A stretch of 64,000 bases of DNA. Source: a virus (lineage: Duplodnaviria; Heunggongvirae; Uroviricota; Caudoviricetes). Under the pieces are notes generated by a model. The model was given only the letters and a program-made list of their open reading frames with translations, was not told the origin of the DNA and searched no databases. Shown here piece by piece: positions 1 through 10,363 of the stretch (position 1 is its first letter; the number at the start of each line of letters is the position of its first letter). The position numbers and the translations under genes were made by a program. The stretch is from positions 44,794 to 108,793 of IMG/VR virus record IMGVR_UViG_2974628062_000001; one strand, 5' to 3'.

Positions 1-865
1 GGGCCGGTTTACAAATAATGTCCGAGACGTAGATATCACAGATTACCTCTCAGCCGAATCACATTTTCAGGCTGTGCAGGAAAGGAGTGCGGCTCTTGGT
101 AGCCCTGGCATTCCAACAACTTTCAAGTCTATCGACTCGGTGTATCCTACTGGTATGGCCCCTGGTCACCTTATTGTGGCTATTGGTTGGCCTGGTAAGG
201 GTAAGACCTGGTTCACTTCCTATCTTGCGTGTAAGGCGTGGGAGCAGGGATTCAAGCCAATGATTGTCAGTCTTGAGATGAGCCCTGAGAATATGCGTGA
301 CCGAATCTATACAATGATGGGTTCTGGTCTATTTCGCGCAAGCGATTTCGCAAAGGGAGATGTCAATATCGATGACTTCCACGCTTGGGGTAAGCGAAGG
401 TTTGATAACAAGAACGGTTTCGTGGTAGTATCAAATGAGGGGCTTTCAGATGTAACCCCCAATACGGTTCAGGGCAAGATTGACCAGCACAAGCCTGACC
501 TGGTAATCTGTGACTATCATCAGCTCTTCCAGTGCAACAGCAGGTCAAACAGCCCGACCGAGCGTGGTATGGCCGTGTCGCGTGAGTTCAAGATGCTTGC
601 AGTGACCAACAATATTCCGCTGATTGATATTACGGCTGCTACTCAGTCTGACCTTTCTGACCGTGACCAGCCTCCGATGATGAGTCAGGTTGCCTGGTCC
701 AAGGCTATCGAGTATGATGCTGACATGGCGTTTGCGGTTCACCGCAATGAAGACTCTAATCTGATTGAGGTTGTTTGCCGCAAGAATCGTCATGGAAGCA
801 TGTTCGATTTCTATCTCGACTGGGATATCGACCGTGGTATCGTGGAAGAGAAGTTCACACTTTGA
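1..865 (+). CDS. DnaB-like replicative helicase, C-terminal RecA-fold domain (5' truncated by window edge)
   Basis: frame open back to nt 2; Walker A GWPGKGKT, SLEMS, DnaB C-domain pattern. Confidence 0.7.
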   Translation, partial: GRFTNNVRDVDITDYLSAESHFQAVQERSAALGSPGIPTTFKSIDSVYPTGMAPGHLIVAIGWPGKGKTWFTSYLACKAWEQGFKPMIVSLEMSPENMRDRIYTMMGSGLFRASDFAKGDVNIDDFHAWGKRRFDNKNGFVVVSNEGLSDVTPNTVQGKIDQHKPDLVICDYHQLFQCNSRSNSPTERGMAVSREFKMLAVTNNIPLIDITAATQSDLSDRDQPPMMSQVAWSKAIEYDADMAFAVHRNEDSNLIEVVCRKNRHGSMFDFYLDWDIDRGIVEEKFTL

Positions 866-868
866 GAC

Positions 869-1189
869 ATGCACAAGACGATTAAGAGGTTCGGATTTGA
901 GGGGAAAGTCAACGACGATGCCGACTTTCCCCGCATCCGAGCACAATACGAGTCCCTTATTTTGAGAGAGATGAGGGAATTGGGCTATGTCCCAGTACTT
1001 GACCTTGGACCATATTGGTCAACGGAGTACGTCAAGCCAGATGACGCATATGAATTTGTGCTTTCTGTATACGGCGTTTACCTAGGAAGGAGGCGTTCAT
1101 GGGAAGTAGAGGGGATTTCGAATGGGAGGGAAATAAAGAGACCTACACCCCCAACCAAGTCGAAGCAACCCTCCGAGCCTGCGGAGTAG
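869..1189 (+). CDS. hypothetical protein (3' end overlaps primase start)
   Basis: ORF track; no motif recognised. Confidence 0.3.
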   Translation: MHKTIKRFGFEGKVNDDADFPRIRAQYESLILREMRELGYVPVLDLGPYWSTEYVKPDDAYEFVLSVYGVYLGRRRSWEVEGISNGREIKRPTPPTKSKQPSEPAE

Positions 1190-2196
1190 AAATTGAGGGC
1201 GAAACCACAAACGACTTCCTGTGCTTCTGCCCTTTCCACGGAAATCGATTCAGTCCATCTTTCAGTGTTTCGAGAACAAGCGGAGCTTTTATCTGCTTCA
1301 ACCACTCTTGTGGTATCACTGGAACGCTGGTAGAGTTGGTCAAGCGGATTCCGATGAGTGATGGAACATTTCGAAACGAGTTTGCGGCCCGTCGCCTGAT
1401 TCTCAAGAAGAAGAGCGAGACGCAACAGGCTTTTGAGGATGAGCTGAATAAGCTCTTTGAACCGAAGGTTGACTTTGTAGAGTTTCCGCAGACCACACTC
1501 GACAGAATGTATGAAGATTTCTGGAGGAATCCAGAGGCTATTCGATACATGGTGGAAGAGCGCGGGTTTGAAGAAGAAACACTAGAGTTCTTTCGAATCG
1601 GATATTCAGCAAAGAAGGACATCATTGCAGTCCCTATGCACAATGCTAAGGGATTGCCAGTAGGCGTAATTGGCAGACCTGCCGACACAGAGAATAAGTT
1701 CTTCAAGAACTCTCGTGGTTTGCCAACGAGTAAGACACTCTGGAATATGCATCGTGCTAAGAGGCATGGTGCTACAGTGATTATCTGTGAAGCGTCCTTT
1801 GACGCAATGCGGATTCATCAGGCGGGCTATCCAAATGTGGTAGCCTGTCTGGGAGGAAACTTCAGTCCGTACCACTTTGACCAACTGAATAAGCACTTCT
1901 CGACCATTGTTATCATGACAGACTTTGATAAGAAGGAAAAGCATATTTACAAGGGTTGTCGTAAGTGCAAGAAGCGTGGATTGAATCTGTGTGTAGGACA
2001 CAATCCAGGAAGAGACCTTGGCGGAACAATTGCGGCGGGTCTCAACACGAAGACCATTCTATGGGCTTCATATGGTGATGAAATAATTTATCCCCACGAT
2101 GCGAAAGATGCTGGTGACATGACAGACGATGAAATTCGCCAGTGCCTCAGAAATGCAGTCCCCGATTACACATATGCTGAATGGGGAATGTACTGA
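1099..2196 (+). CDS. dnaG: DNA primase, DnaG-like (CHC2 zinc finger + TOPRIM)
   Basis: RBS GGAGG; CFCPFHGN..C..C zinc finger; TOPRIM VIICEASFDAMRIHQAGYPNVVACLGG. Confidence 0.8.
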   Translation: MGSRGDFEWEGNKETYTPNQVEATLRACGVEIEGETTNDFLCFCPFHGNRFSPSFSVSRTSGAFICFNHSCGITGTLVELVKRIPMSDGTFRNEFAARRLILKKKSETQQAFEDELNKLFEPKVDFVEFPQTTLDRMYEDFWRNPEAIRYMVEERGFEEETLEFFRIGYSAKKDIIAVPMHNAKGLPVGVIGRPADTENKFFKNSRGLPTSKTLWNMHRAKRHGATVIICEASFDAMRIHQAGYPNVVACLGGNFSPYHFDQLNKHFSTIVIMTDFDKKEKHIYKGCRKCKKRGLNLCVGHNPGRDLGGTIAAGLNTKTILWASYGDEIIYPHDAKDAGDMTDDEIRQCLRNAVPDYTYAEWGMY

Positions 2197-2199
2197 GGG

Positions 2200-2223
2200 C
2201 GGGGGAGCTTGCTCCCCAAGCTT
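2200..2223 (+). repeat. GC hairpin + AAGCTT intergenic motif
   Basis: ggggagc/gctcccc stem then AAGCTT. Confidence 0.6.
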
Positions 2224-2302
2224 GTACCGCACTACAAGACATGGTACAATGGTAGAAGCAGCCTCGGAGAAGGCTCAACTAATACTAGGAGATAAATAAA
2301 AC

Positions 2303-3019
2303 ATGGCACGAATTAAGGGACTTGCTTCCATTCAGGCAAACCAGAAGGCGCAGCAGGAGCGCGCTGAGGCTGGTAACCGACCTAAGGCGGACTGGTTTAA
2401 GTTCCCCAAGGGTCAGACCGCAATCGTCGTTCGATTCCTTCAGGAACTCGACCCCGAGATGCGTAATTACCGTGAGGACCGTGGAGTTGGCTTCATTGAG
2501 ACGGAGCACAATGCACCTGGTCCGGATGGCTGGAAGCGTCGCGGAATTTGCACCATCGCTGAAGAGGATGGTGGCGAGTGCTACGCATGTGAGCGTCACA
2601 AGCAGAATTACAAGGAGGGTTGGAGGCAGAAGCAGAACCTTTACATCAACGTCCTTGCCGACCTTGGCGATGGACCTAAGGTTTACATTCTGACTCGAAA
2701 CGCCAATTCTGTGTTCTCACAGAACCTCATTCAGGAAGCCCTTGATGAGGGAAGCATCACCGATGCAAATTACCGAATCACCAAGACTGGTGAGGGTACG
2801 ACTACTCAGTGGTCGCTGAAGCGTCTGAAGGATGAGCCTTTCGATGACAGCAAGGTTGAGGTCTTTGACCTTGAGGCTGCTGCGGTTCGTAAGGTAGAAT
2901 ATGACAAGCAGGCCGAATACTACGGTGCGGTTTACCAGGAGGACAATACTCCTGCGGCATCTAGCGGTGCTTCTCAGGCTCCACGTGCTTCCGCTTCATC
3001 TGCTGACGACGAGTGGTAA
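2303..3019 (+). CDS. single-stranded DNA-binding protein, T4 gp32-like
   Basis: AIVVRFLQ resembles gp32 AVIRFLP; H/C zinc cluster; acidic C-tail SSADDEW. Confidence 0.5.
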   Translation: MARIKGLASIQANQKAQQERAEAGNRPKADWFKFPKGQTAIVVRFLQELDPEMRNYREDRGVGFIETEHNAPGPDGWKRRGICTIAEEDGGECYACERHKQNYKEGWRQKQNLYINVLADLGDGPKVYILTRNANSVFSQNLIQEALDEGSITDANYRITKTGEGTTTQWSLKRLKDEPFDDSKVEVFDLEAAAVRKVEYDKQAEYYGAVYQEDNTPAASSGASQAPRASASSADDEW

Positions 3020-3036
3020 GATGACTTTGTAGAATG

Positions 3037-3067
3037 GCCCCAGATTGAAAAGTCTGGGGCCTTCTGC
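3037..3067 (+). terminator. intrinsic terminator
   Basis: 9-bp stem ggccccaga/tctggggcc then TTCTGCT. Confidence 0.6.
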
Positions 3068-3080
3068 TATAGTGAAGCTT

Positions 3081-3380
3081 ATGTCATTTGAATTCAGTAC
3101 GGAATACAAAACGTACATTAAGAGTCAAAGATGGAAGAGGGTCTGTACTAGATATTGGGCTGCCTACGGCCGGAAGTGTCAGGCATGTGGCAAGCGTAGA
3201 GACCTTCATGTACACCATCACACATATGTAAGGTTTGGTCGAGAGCTATTGACAGACCTTACAGGACTGTGCCATGATTGTCACAGACGAGTTCACCAAA
3301 GACATCGTGCAAATCGGCGGGTGTCGCTTGAACTGGTAACAAAGCAGTATGTAACCAATTATAAAGCTAAGAAGCTCTGA
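3081..3380 (+). CDS. HNH homing endonuclease
   Basis: HHHTYVRFG..CHDCHRRVHQ HNH motif; start uncertain (3045 or 3081). Confidence 0.7.
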   Translation: MSFEFSTEYKTYIKSQRWKRVCTRYWAAYGRKCQACGKRRDLHVHHHTYVRFGRELLTDLTGLCHDCHRRVHQRHRANRRVSLELVTKQYVTNYKAKKL

Positions 3381-3424
3381 TTCATAAGCCTTTAAGAATC
3401 AGAATACATTAAGGAGAAAAGGCT

Positions 3425-6400
3425 TTGGCATATACAGAACTACATCTTCATGATTACTACAGTACGCTGGATGGTCTGAATTCCCCGGCGGAATACATGG
3501 AGAGAGCTAAGGAACTGGGCATGACCCATCTTGCTCAGACCAATCACGGAAGTCTCATTGGGCACCGTGAATTTCAGAAGGCTGCATCTGCGGCGGGTAT
3601 CGTTCCCATTCTTGGTGTTGAGGCTTATATCTCACCTACCGACCGTTTTGACCGTCGTGCCAAGAACAAGCGTTCTGATGGAACGAACGTATATAACCAC
3701 CTCATCATTCTTGCTCAGGGTGAGACAGGTCTTAAGACTCTCAATACTCTGAATGAGATTGCTTGGACTGAGGGTTTCTACAACAAGCCTCGTATTGATA
3801 TGGAGGTTCTGGAGGAGCACAATGAGGGCTTGATTGTTCTTTCAGGATGTCTGAACTCGATGCTCTGTAAGGCTCTCGATGCGGGCAATTACGATGAGGC
3901 AGAGCGTATTGCTCTTGAGTTCAAGCGCATTCTCGGAGACCGATTCTACATTGAGGTTCAGGGACATAACCCTCTCGAAATCAATCAGGGTCTATTCAAG
4001 ATTGCTGACGACAATGGAATTCCGCCTGTCGTGACTTCCGACTGTCATTATGCCCGAAAGGAAGACCTCTGGATTGAAGAGGCTATGCTGATTATCTCTT
4101 CTAAGCCTAAGTTCGGTAAGGAGTTTGATTTCAGTAAGTCTCAGAAGATGGACCTCCTTGAGCGATACAACTATCTTTATCCAGACCGTATGATGTCTTT
4201 TGAGGAGATTGAGATTTATCTCCACTCCGCTGAAGAGCACCGTGCGGCATTTAAGAAGCAGGGATTCGACCGAGAGGATATCGTAAAGAACACTGAGGTA
4301 ATTTCTCAGCGTATTGGCGACTACCCTTTCCATCAGGGACTTGACCTTCTGCCACGCCCGAAGAATGGCAATCCCGATGACCTTCTGGAGAAGAAGGCTC
4401 GTGCTGGACTTCGTAACCGTGGACTGGACAAGAATCCGGAATATGTTGCGCGACTGGAAGAAGAGCTGGAGATTATCAAGTCTAAGGACTTCTCTACATA
4501 CTTCCTCATTGTTGCCAATATGATTAAGTGGGCAAAGGACCAGGGTATTTTTGTTGGTCCTGGTCGTGGTTCTGGCGCGGGTTCTTTGGTTAACTATTCG
4601 CTTGGAATCACTGAGGTAGACCCTATCAAGTATGGTCTGCTGTTCTTCCGATTCATCAATCCAGAGCGAAATGACTTCCCTGACATCGATACAGACTTTG
4701 AAGACCGTAGGCGAAACGAAATCAAGGATTACCTGACGCGTAAGTTCCACCACGTGGCATCTATTGCGACTGTTGGTTACTTCAAGAACAAGGGTGTTAT
4801 CCGTCGTGTCGCTGGTCTGTTCCGTATTGACCAGAAGGAAACTGACAAGGCTCTTGAGACTATTGAGACCTTTGAGGAATATCAGACATCTTCTGCAACT
4901 GAAGAGTACCGCAAGAAGTACCCTGAGGTTGAGATGGTTGCCAAGGAATTGCGTGGGCGCATCAGTAATACTGGTATGCACGCGGCTGGTATCGTTATTT
5001 CCAAGGAGCCTATCGCAAAGTATGCGGCCATGGAGACTGCTGCTGACCCTAAGGACAAGACAGCTCCCCGTAGGTCTCTTGTTGCGATGGACATGGAAGA
5101 GGCCGCTGACCTTGGTCTGATTAAGGTTGACGCCCTTGGACTCAAGACTCTCTCTGTGATTGGTGACGCACTAAAGGTTATCAAGGAGAGGCATAACCGA
5201 GACATCATCTTGACCGATATTCCTCTTGAGGATAAGAAGGTCTATGAGATGATTTCCAAGGGTTACACGAAGGGTGTCTTCCAGTGTGAAGCAACTCCGT
5301 ATACTGGTCTGATTCTCAACATGGGCGGTATCCATTCATTCGCTGAACTTGCGGCTTCCAATGCGCTTGTTCGTCCGGGTGCAATGAATACCATTGGTGC
5401 GGAGTACATCGCGCGAAAGAATGGCGAAACTCCTGTCACCTATGTGCATGAATTGATGAGGTCTTTCACCGAAGACACATATGGTGAAGTTCTTTATCAG
5501 GAGCAGGTCATGCTTGCGATGACTGAATTGGCCGGGATGTCTATGGCAACGGCTGATAAGGTCCGTAAGATTATTGGTAAGAAGAAGGATGCCAGTGAAT
5601 TCGATGCCTATAAGGCAGAGTTTATCAATGGCGCTTCTCAGCACATTTCAAAGTCTGTGGCTGAAAAGCTATGGCATGACTTTGAGGCGCACGCTGGCTA
5701 CTCCTTCAACAAGTCTCACGCTGTTGCATATTCCATGCTCTCTTACTGGACTGCATGGTTGAAGTACTACTATCCTGTCGAGTTCGTTTATGCTATGCTG
5801 AAGAACGAGAGTGATAAGGACGCGCGAACCACCTACCTGATTGAGGCGAAGCGAATGGGAGTGAAGGTCAAGTTGCCTCACATCAACCACTCGCAGCTTG
5901 ACTTCAGTATTGAAGGGGACGCTATTCGATTTGGTCTGGCCAACATCAAGTTCATTTCCGACAACCTTGGAAAGAAGTTGATTGAGGCTCGTCCTTTCGA
6001 GAATTATGCGGCTCTGGAAGAAGAGGTCAAGAAGCCAAAGAACGGCCTTAGTGTCCGAGTACTTCAGTCGCTTAATGCAATTGGTGGTGCGACATTCCCG
6101 GATAACCCGAAGCGTGGAGATGAGCGACACTACTTCTACGAATACCTTCAGATTCCCGCATTCGAAATTCCTGACATGCCCGCTGGAGTTCGTGCACAGT
6201 TCACTGACCTGTGCGACTTCCATGAGTCTGGTAACCATGTCGTGATGGGAATGGTTAAGGAGGTCAAGCGAGGAAAGGGATGGTCTCGAATTGAGATTGT
6301 CGATGAAACTGGCGAGGCTTCCTTCTTCCATAAGGAAGACACACTGATTCAGCCTGGTAATATGTATGTGATGCTCATCGCCAACAAGCGATTGGCTCGG

Positions 6401-6715
6401 TACGTTGAGGCTGTAGATTTTGTGCGGGAATCCAGCAATACCTTTGTACGCTATATGTACACCAAGAAGTTCGCTGCATTGACAGAAGGCTTCTACTATG
6501 TTGTCTCCAACCAGAGTCGAAAGACAAAGGCTGGAAAAAACATGGCAGACCTAGTGCTTGCGGATGAGGAGAAGAACCTGTATTCTGTACTAGTGTTCCC
6601 TCAGATGTTCCACAAGGCTTACGGCTTCTGCAAGGAGGGTTCCATCATTGAGGCAACTCTGAAGCAGACACAGGATGGCGACACCCTGTTCTTGGATGAG
6701 GTTATTCCTCGCTAA
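3425..6715 (+). CDS. dnaE: DNA polymerase III alpha subunit (DnaE-type, PHP domain)
   Basis: 1096 aa; N-terminal PHP HLHDYYSTLDG; conserved polymerase core blocks; RBS AAGGAG. Confidence 0.9.
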   Translation: MAYTELHLHDYYSTLDGLNSPAEYMERAKELGMTHLAQTNHGSLIGHREFQKAASAAGIVPILGVEAYISPTDRFDRRAKNKRSDGTNVYNHLIILAQGETGLKTLNTLNEIAWTEGFYNKPRIDMEVLEEHNEGLIVLSGCLNSMLCKALDAGNYDEAERIALEFKRILGDRFYIEVQGHNPLEINQGLFKIADDNGIPPVVTSDCHYARKEDLWIEEAMLIISSKPKFGKEFDFSKSQKMDLLERYNYLYPDRMMSFEEIEIYLHSAEEHRAAFKKQGFDREDIVKNTEVISQRIGDYPFHQGLDLLPRPKNGNPDDLLEKKARAGLRNRGLDKNPEYVARLEEELEIIKSKDFSTYFLIVANMIKWAKDQGIFVGPGRGSGAGSLVNYSLGITEVDPIKYGLLFFRFINPERNDFPDIDTDFEDRRRNEIKDYLTRKFHHVASIATVGYFKNKGVIRRVAGLFRIDQKETDKALETIETFEEYQTSSATEEYRKKYPEVEMVAKELRGRISNTGMHAAGIVISKEPIAKYAAMETAADPKDKTAPRRSLVAMDMEEAADLGLIKVDALGLKTLSVIGDALKVIKERHNRDIILTDIPLEDKKVYEMISKGYTKGVFQCEATPYTGLILNMGGIHSFAELAASNALVRPGAMNTIGAEYIARKNGETPVTYVHELMRSFTEDTYGEVLYQEQVMLAMTELAGMSMATADKVRKIIGKKKDASEFDAYKAEFINGASQHISKSVAEKLWHDFEAHAGYSFNKSHAVAYSMLSYWTAWLKYYYPVEFVYAMLKNESDKDARTTYLIEAKRMGVKVKLPHINHSQLDFSIEGDAIRFGLANIKFISDNLGKKLIEARPFENYAALEEEVKKPKNGLSVRVLQSLNAIGGATFPDNPKRGDERHYFYEYLQIPAFEIPDMPAGVRAQFTDLCDFHESGNHVVMGMVKEVKRGKGWSRIEIVDETGEASFFHKEDTLIQPGNMYVMLIANKRLARYVEAVDFVRESSNTFVRYMYTKKFAALTEGFYYVVSNQSRKTKAGKNMADLVLADEEKNLYSVLVFPQMFHKAYGFCKEGSIIEATLKQTQDGDTLFLDEVIPR

Positions 6716-6722
6716 TATGCCT

Positions 6723-6745
6723 GCCCCTTCGGGGGCGGCAAGCTT
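6723..6745 (+). repeat. GC hairpin + AAGCTT intergenic motif
   Basis: gcccc-ttcg-ggggc then AAGCTT, 6 nt before RBS. Confidence 0.6.
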
Positions 6746-6763
6746 ATCCTTAAGGAGGAAAAA

Positions 6764-6952
6764 TTGGCTGAAGAGCCTACACAGATTGACCTTGGTCCGT
6801 TTCTCGTTGCTGCAATTGAAGAAGCGGGTGGAGAGGTGCGTATTCCATATGACACGTTCCGGGCGCAGGTTGCCCCTAAGGCATTGGCAATTGATATTGA
6901 GGACGATGGTGCCACTCTCGTCCTCCGAGTAGTAGATGGGATTCCAGAGTGA
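6764..6952 (+). CDS. hypothetical protein (TTG start)
   Basis: RBS AAGGAGG 7 nt upstream of TTG. Confidence 0.35.
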   Translation: MAEEPTQIDLGPFLVAAIEEAGGEVRIPYDTFRAQVAPKALAIDIEDDGATLVLRVVDGIPE

Positions 6953-7386
6953 TTGTTGAATTCAAGAAGTTGGATGAAAATGCAGCGGCTCCAGTTTTCA
7001 TGAGGCCAGGAGATGCAGGTGCAGATATCTGTACTACGCAGGAATTTACTCTAGCCTCTGGTGAGCGCAAGATGGTTCACACTGGAGTGGCTGTTGCTGT
7101 TCCTGATGGCTACGCTGCATTTGTTCATCCACGTTCGAGTCTTGCGGCAATGCATGGAATTTCGATTGTGAATGCTCCAGGTACAATCGACGCGGGTTAT
7201 CGGGGTGAGGTTTGCGTTCTGCTAATCAACCACGGAGATGAGCCTGTAGAGTTTGTATCTGGACAGCGTATTGCACAGCTAGTCTTTCAGCGTGTAGAGC
7301 AGCCCCAGTTCGTTTATGTTCGGGAATTTACCGATGGTAAGACCGAGCGAGGAACTGGCGGTTTTGGCTCGACTGGCAAGAGCTAA
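6949..7386 (+). CDS. dut: dUTP diphosphatase
   Basis: GYRGEV and RGTGGFGSTG dUTPase motifs. Confidence 0.85.
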   Translation: MIVEFKKLDENAAAPVFMRPGDAGADICTTQEFTLASGERKMVHTGVAVAVPDGYAAFVHPRSSLAAMHGISIVNAPGTIDAGYRGEVCVLLINHGDEPVEFVSGQRIAQLVFQRVEQPQFVYVREFTDGKTERGTGGFGSTGKS

Positions 7387-7404
7387 CTGTAGTATAATGG
7401 TGAT

Positions 7405-7593
7405 ATGAGTACAAGCGGCTACTTCCTCCGGGGAATTTCTGAAGATAACATTCTCGTGTTTCGAAGCGAGGACCCGGAGGAATTGTTGCGTATCATTCAG
7501 CGGCTTTGTGCTAGCCGCGATAAGCAAATTAGAGCACTAGCAAAGCAACTAGAACTTGACTGGTATAGTCGAAATAACAATAAGGATAATTAA
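7405..7593 (+). CDS. hypothetical protein
   Basis: ORF track; TATAAT-like box upstream. Confidence 0.3.
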   Translation: MSTSGYFLRGISEDNILVFRSEDPEELLRIIQRLCASRDKQIRALAKQLELDWYSRNNNKDN

Positions 7594-7598
7594 AAGTA

Positions 7599-8621
7599 GT
7601 GGCATTTGAAGACTTCATGTCTAGGCTAGACCCTAAGACAGCTAAGAGACTGAAGACTGCTCAGCAAATTGAGCTGGTAAAGTTTCCTCTGGCTAGCTCT
7701 GGACTCACTCACGCTCTTGGCGGAGGAGTTGGAGCAGGGCGAATTACCCTTTGCTATGGAAATACAAGTTCAGGAAAGTCCGTTCTTATGATGCAGACCA
7801 TCGGTTTGCTACAGAAGATGGGTCTTGTATGTGCTTGGGTTGACGTTGAGGGTACATATGAAAAGAGTTTTGGTGCCAAGTTGGGCATCAATAATGACGA
7901 ACTTATTCTGATTCAGAAGAAGTCGTTCGGTGGAATCACAGATGAAATCATGCCGCTAATTCGCGCGGGTATTGATTTCTTGGTCATTGACTCAATCAGT
8001 GACGCTCTCCCAGAGGTCTTTGTAGACAAGGACGGAGAGGCTGTAGAGTTTGATAAGATGAAGCAGCTTGGTGCACACGCCAAGTCTTGTACGATGATGG
8101 TTAACGCCATTCACTATGAGAATGAAAAAACTGCGGTTGTTCTTATCTCTCAGACCACCACAAAGATTGAACAGACATACGTTAAGCAGGTACCTCACGG
8201 AGGCCAGAAGGTACCGTTTGCATCCTCCCAGATTATCAAGTTGACTAGCTCAAATACTGAGGGTCAGCAAATTATGGGTAACTCCTACGTGGGAGACCTT
8301 GTAATTGAGGCTCCAATTGGCCGTAAGGTCGAGTACTACGTAGAGAAGAACAAGTTGGGACCACAATCCCGTAAGGGCAAGTACGACTTGTACTACGATG
8401 GAGATTTCGTAGGCATTGATGCAATCGGTGAAGTTGTCGATACGGCAGAGGCTTTCGGTATTGTGACCAAGAAGGGCGCATGGTACACTGTTGAGGAGAA
8501 GCAGATTCAGGGCAGGCCCAAGGTGGTTGCCACTCTTCGTGAGGATGATGTGCTTCTGAAGACTCTCAAGGAGAAGGTGAATACCGTCCTAACGGGCGAA
8601 CTACCTGATGACGAAGTTTAG
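7599..8621 (+). CDS. RecA-family ATPase / recombinase-like protein
   Basis: Walker A GNTSSGKS; RecA/RadA-like core. Confidence 0.6.
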   Translation: MAFEDFMSRLDPKTAKRLKTAQQIELVKFPLASSGLTHALGGGVGAGRITLCYGNTSSGKSVLMMQTIGLLQKMGLVCAWVDVEGTYEKSFGAKLGINNDELILIQKKSFGGITDEIMPLIRAGIDFLVIDSISDALPEVFVDKDGEAVEFDKMKQLGAHAKSCTMMVNAIHYENEKTAVVLISQTTTKIEQTYVKQVPHGGQKVPFASSQIIKLTSSNTEGQQIMGNSYVGDLVIEAPIGRKVEYYVEKNKLGPQSRKGKYDLYYDGDFVGIDAIGEVVDTAEAFGIVTKKGAWYTVEEKQIQGRPKVVATLREDDVLLKTLKEKVNTVLTGELPDDEV

Positions 8622-8802
8622 TGATTTCGTCGCAAAGACTCAGGAGGCCGAGACACCCAAAGGTCTAGAAATCTCTGGTGCCTTTGGGTGTCAGGTCTGC
8701 CATGAGCAGTGCGATGATGCAGAGTATTTTCCAGTGGAAAAGATTTTGAAGTGGAAGTGTTCGGAGGGACACATTTCCTATGTTGAGGACTTTGTTCTCT
8801 GA
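8608..8802 (+). CDS. hypothetical Cys-rich protein
   Basis: CQVCHEQC..C..H. Confidence 0.35.
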   Translation: MTKFSDFVAKTQEAETPKGLEISGAFGCQVCHEQCDDAEYFPVEKILKWKCSEGHISYVEDFVL

Positions 8803-8906
8803 GATTGTAGAGAACGTAAGCCTATTTCTCGGCGGGATGCTTTTGGGGGTAGCTTTGGGAATCATTGCTACCCTCATTGGCGTTTCTGCATATATGAATA
8901 AGGAGA

Positions 8907-9236
8907 ATGATGAGCGAAGCAGACGAGATTAAGCGTGATGGTGCTACGCCTGTAAAGAACTCTGGAAGGTCAAAGGGAACGAACAAGGGTGATGCAATTC
9001 TTGAGCCATTTCTGGTAGACTATAAGGAGTACAACAAGACATTCGGAGTCAGTAAGGAATTCTGGGCAAAGATTTCCACTGATGCTATTAACAATGGTCG
9101 TCGTCAGCCCGCTCTTAAGCTGGTCATTCGTGACAGTGACGACCCTGAGTCGAGAACTCCAAAGACTCGTCTTTGGGTCATTGGAGATTCAATGTTTCAT
9201 GAGATGCTTGAGGCTTGGAAGGAAAAGTATGAGTAG
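8907..9236 (+). CDS. hypothetical protein
   Basis: RBS AAGGAG. Confidence 0.45.
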   Translation: MMSEADEIKRDGATPVKNSGRSKGTNKGDAILEPFLVDYKEYNKTFGVSKEFWAKISTDAINNGRRQPALKLVIRDSDDPESRTPKTRLWVIGDSMFHEMLEAWKEKYE

Positions 9237-9603
9237 GTTCTTTGTCCTTGCCGAAGAGGGCGTTGGTCCTGGTGGACAGATTTATTTCCGGAAGCACAGG
9301 GGTGGCGACGGATGGTACAACCTTTTCTTGGATGACAAGAAGGTTGGTATGATTATGAAGGACCCTGTATTCGGAAATTGGAATGCTGTTTCCTATTGTG
9401 ATGATAGCAAGTGGTTTGCTGTACGGTCGATGGATGGGTTTTCTCGCCGGATGGCCGCAGCAGAATTCATTATCAAGCATTGGGGATATTGGCTGAGTAA
9501 CGAAAGGGATATGCTGAAGAGCGAAATCCGCTCAGATAAGTTCCTCACCAAGTTCCGGATGAACAAGACTCTAGAGATTATGAAGGGACATAGAAGGATT
9601 TGA
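9229..9603 (+). CDS. hypothetical protein
   Basis: internal ATG of track ORF 9082; coupled to upstream stop. Confidence 0.4.
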   Translation: MSRFFVLAEEGVGPGGQIYFRKHRGGDGWYNLFLDDKKVGMIMKDPVFGNWNAVSYCDDSKWFAVRSMDGFSRRMAAAEFIIKHWGYWLSNERDMLKSEIRSDKFLTKFRMNKTLEIMKGHRRI

Positions 9604-10007
9604 AGTATAGAACAAAGCCGTTTGAGATTGAGGCAATGAGGTACTACAACGATGGAGAATCTTTCGAGAAGATTCAGCGTTGGGCAGGAACTCATGAAAC
9701 ACCAAACGGACATGTGCACCCTAACTTTGACCTTGCAAGTAATTGGGTCATGGAGAGTCCAGAGATTAAGGCTGTCGTCTGGGATTACTTGCATGAGACA
9801 TGGGTTGGTGTTAGGCTCGGTGACTACATCATCAAGGGCATGAAGGGTGAGTTTTATCCCTGTGACCCTGAGGTGTTCCAGTCAAAATATGAGCCGGTTC
9901 AGGAAATGAAGGTGGACATTAGCCTTCAGGGTGGTGTCGTAACCGCTGAGCAAATTAACAGGGCGGTTGGTAAGAGGATTCAGCAGAGCAGGAGGTTCCA
10001 GGGTTGA
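9600..10007 (+). CDS. hypothetical protein
   Basis: ORF track; overlapping stop/start. Confidence 0.4.
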   Translation: MKYRTKPFEIEAMRYYNDGESFEKIQRWAGTHETPNGHVHPNFDLASNWVMESPEIKAVVWDYLHETWVGVRLGDYIIKGMKGEFYPCDPEVFQSKYEPVQEMKVDISLQGGVVTAEQINRAVGKRIQQSRRFQG

Positions 10008-10333
10008 GCGACGAAAACCCGCTGGAGACAATCTCTACGATTACAGAATTCAATGACCTGACAGAATTCATGAATGACCCACAGCTAGACAGAGCACTTG
10101 AGCTTGCGATTCGTTGTATTGCTCAGCCTGAAATTGCTGCGGTCAAGGCACCAAAGTTGATTGTAGAACTTCAGGCTATCTCATTTAAGTTTGCGGTGAA
10201 GGCAGTAGAGTATGCGACCATTAAGAAAGACCGGGCGGGTACAGAAAACAATCACCGAAAGAACGTGTACTACAGCACAAAGGAAGCATTGGACCGACTA
10301 GTAGATGCTTTGAAGTACGCTGCTAGAGCGTAA
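10004..10333 (+). CDS. hypothetical protein
   Basis: ORF track. Confidence 0.4.
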   Translation: MSDENPLETISTITEFNDLTEFMNDPQLDRALELAIRCIAQPEIAAVKAPKLIVELQAISFKFAVKAVEYATIKKDRAGTENNHRKNVYYSTKEALDRLVDALKYAARA

Positions 10334-10363
10334 ACTAGTCAACCAAGATTTCACGTGTTATAA

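Noticed and set aside
3992-4981. 329-aa minus-strand ORF
   Set aside because: Lies entirely inside the strongly supported + strand dnaE gene. It has no motif and its Leu/Ser/Arg-rich composition is typical of an antisense shadow.
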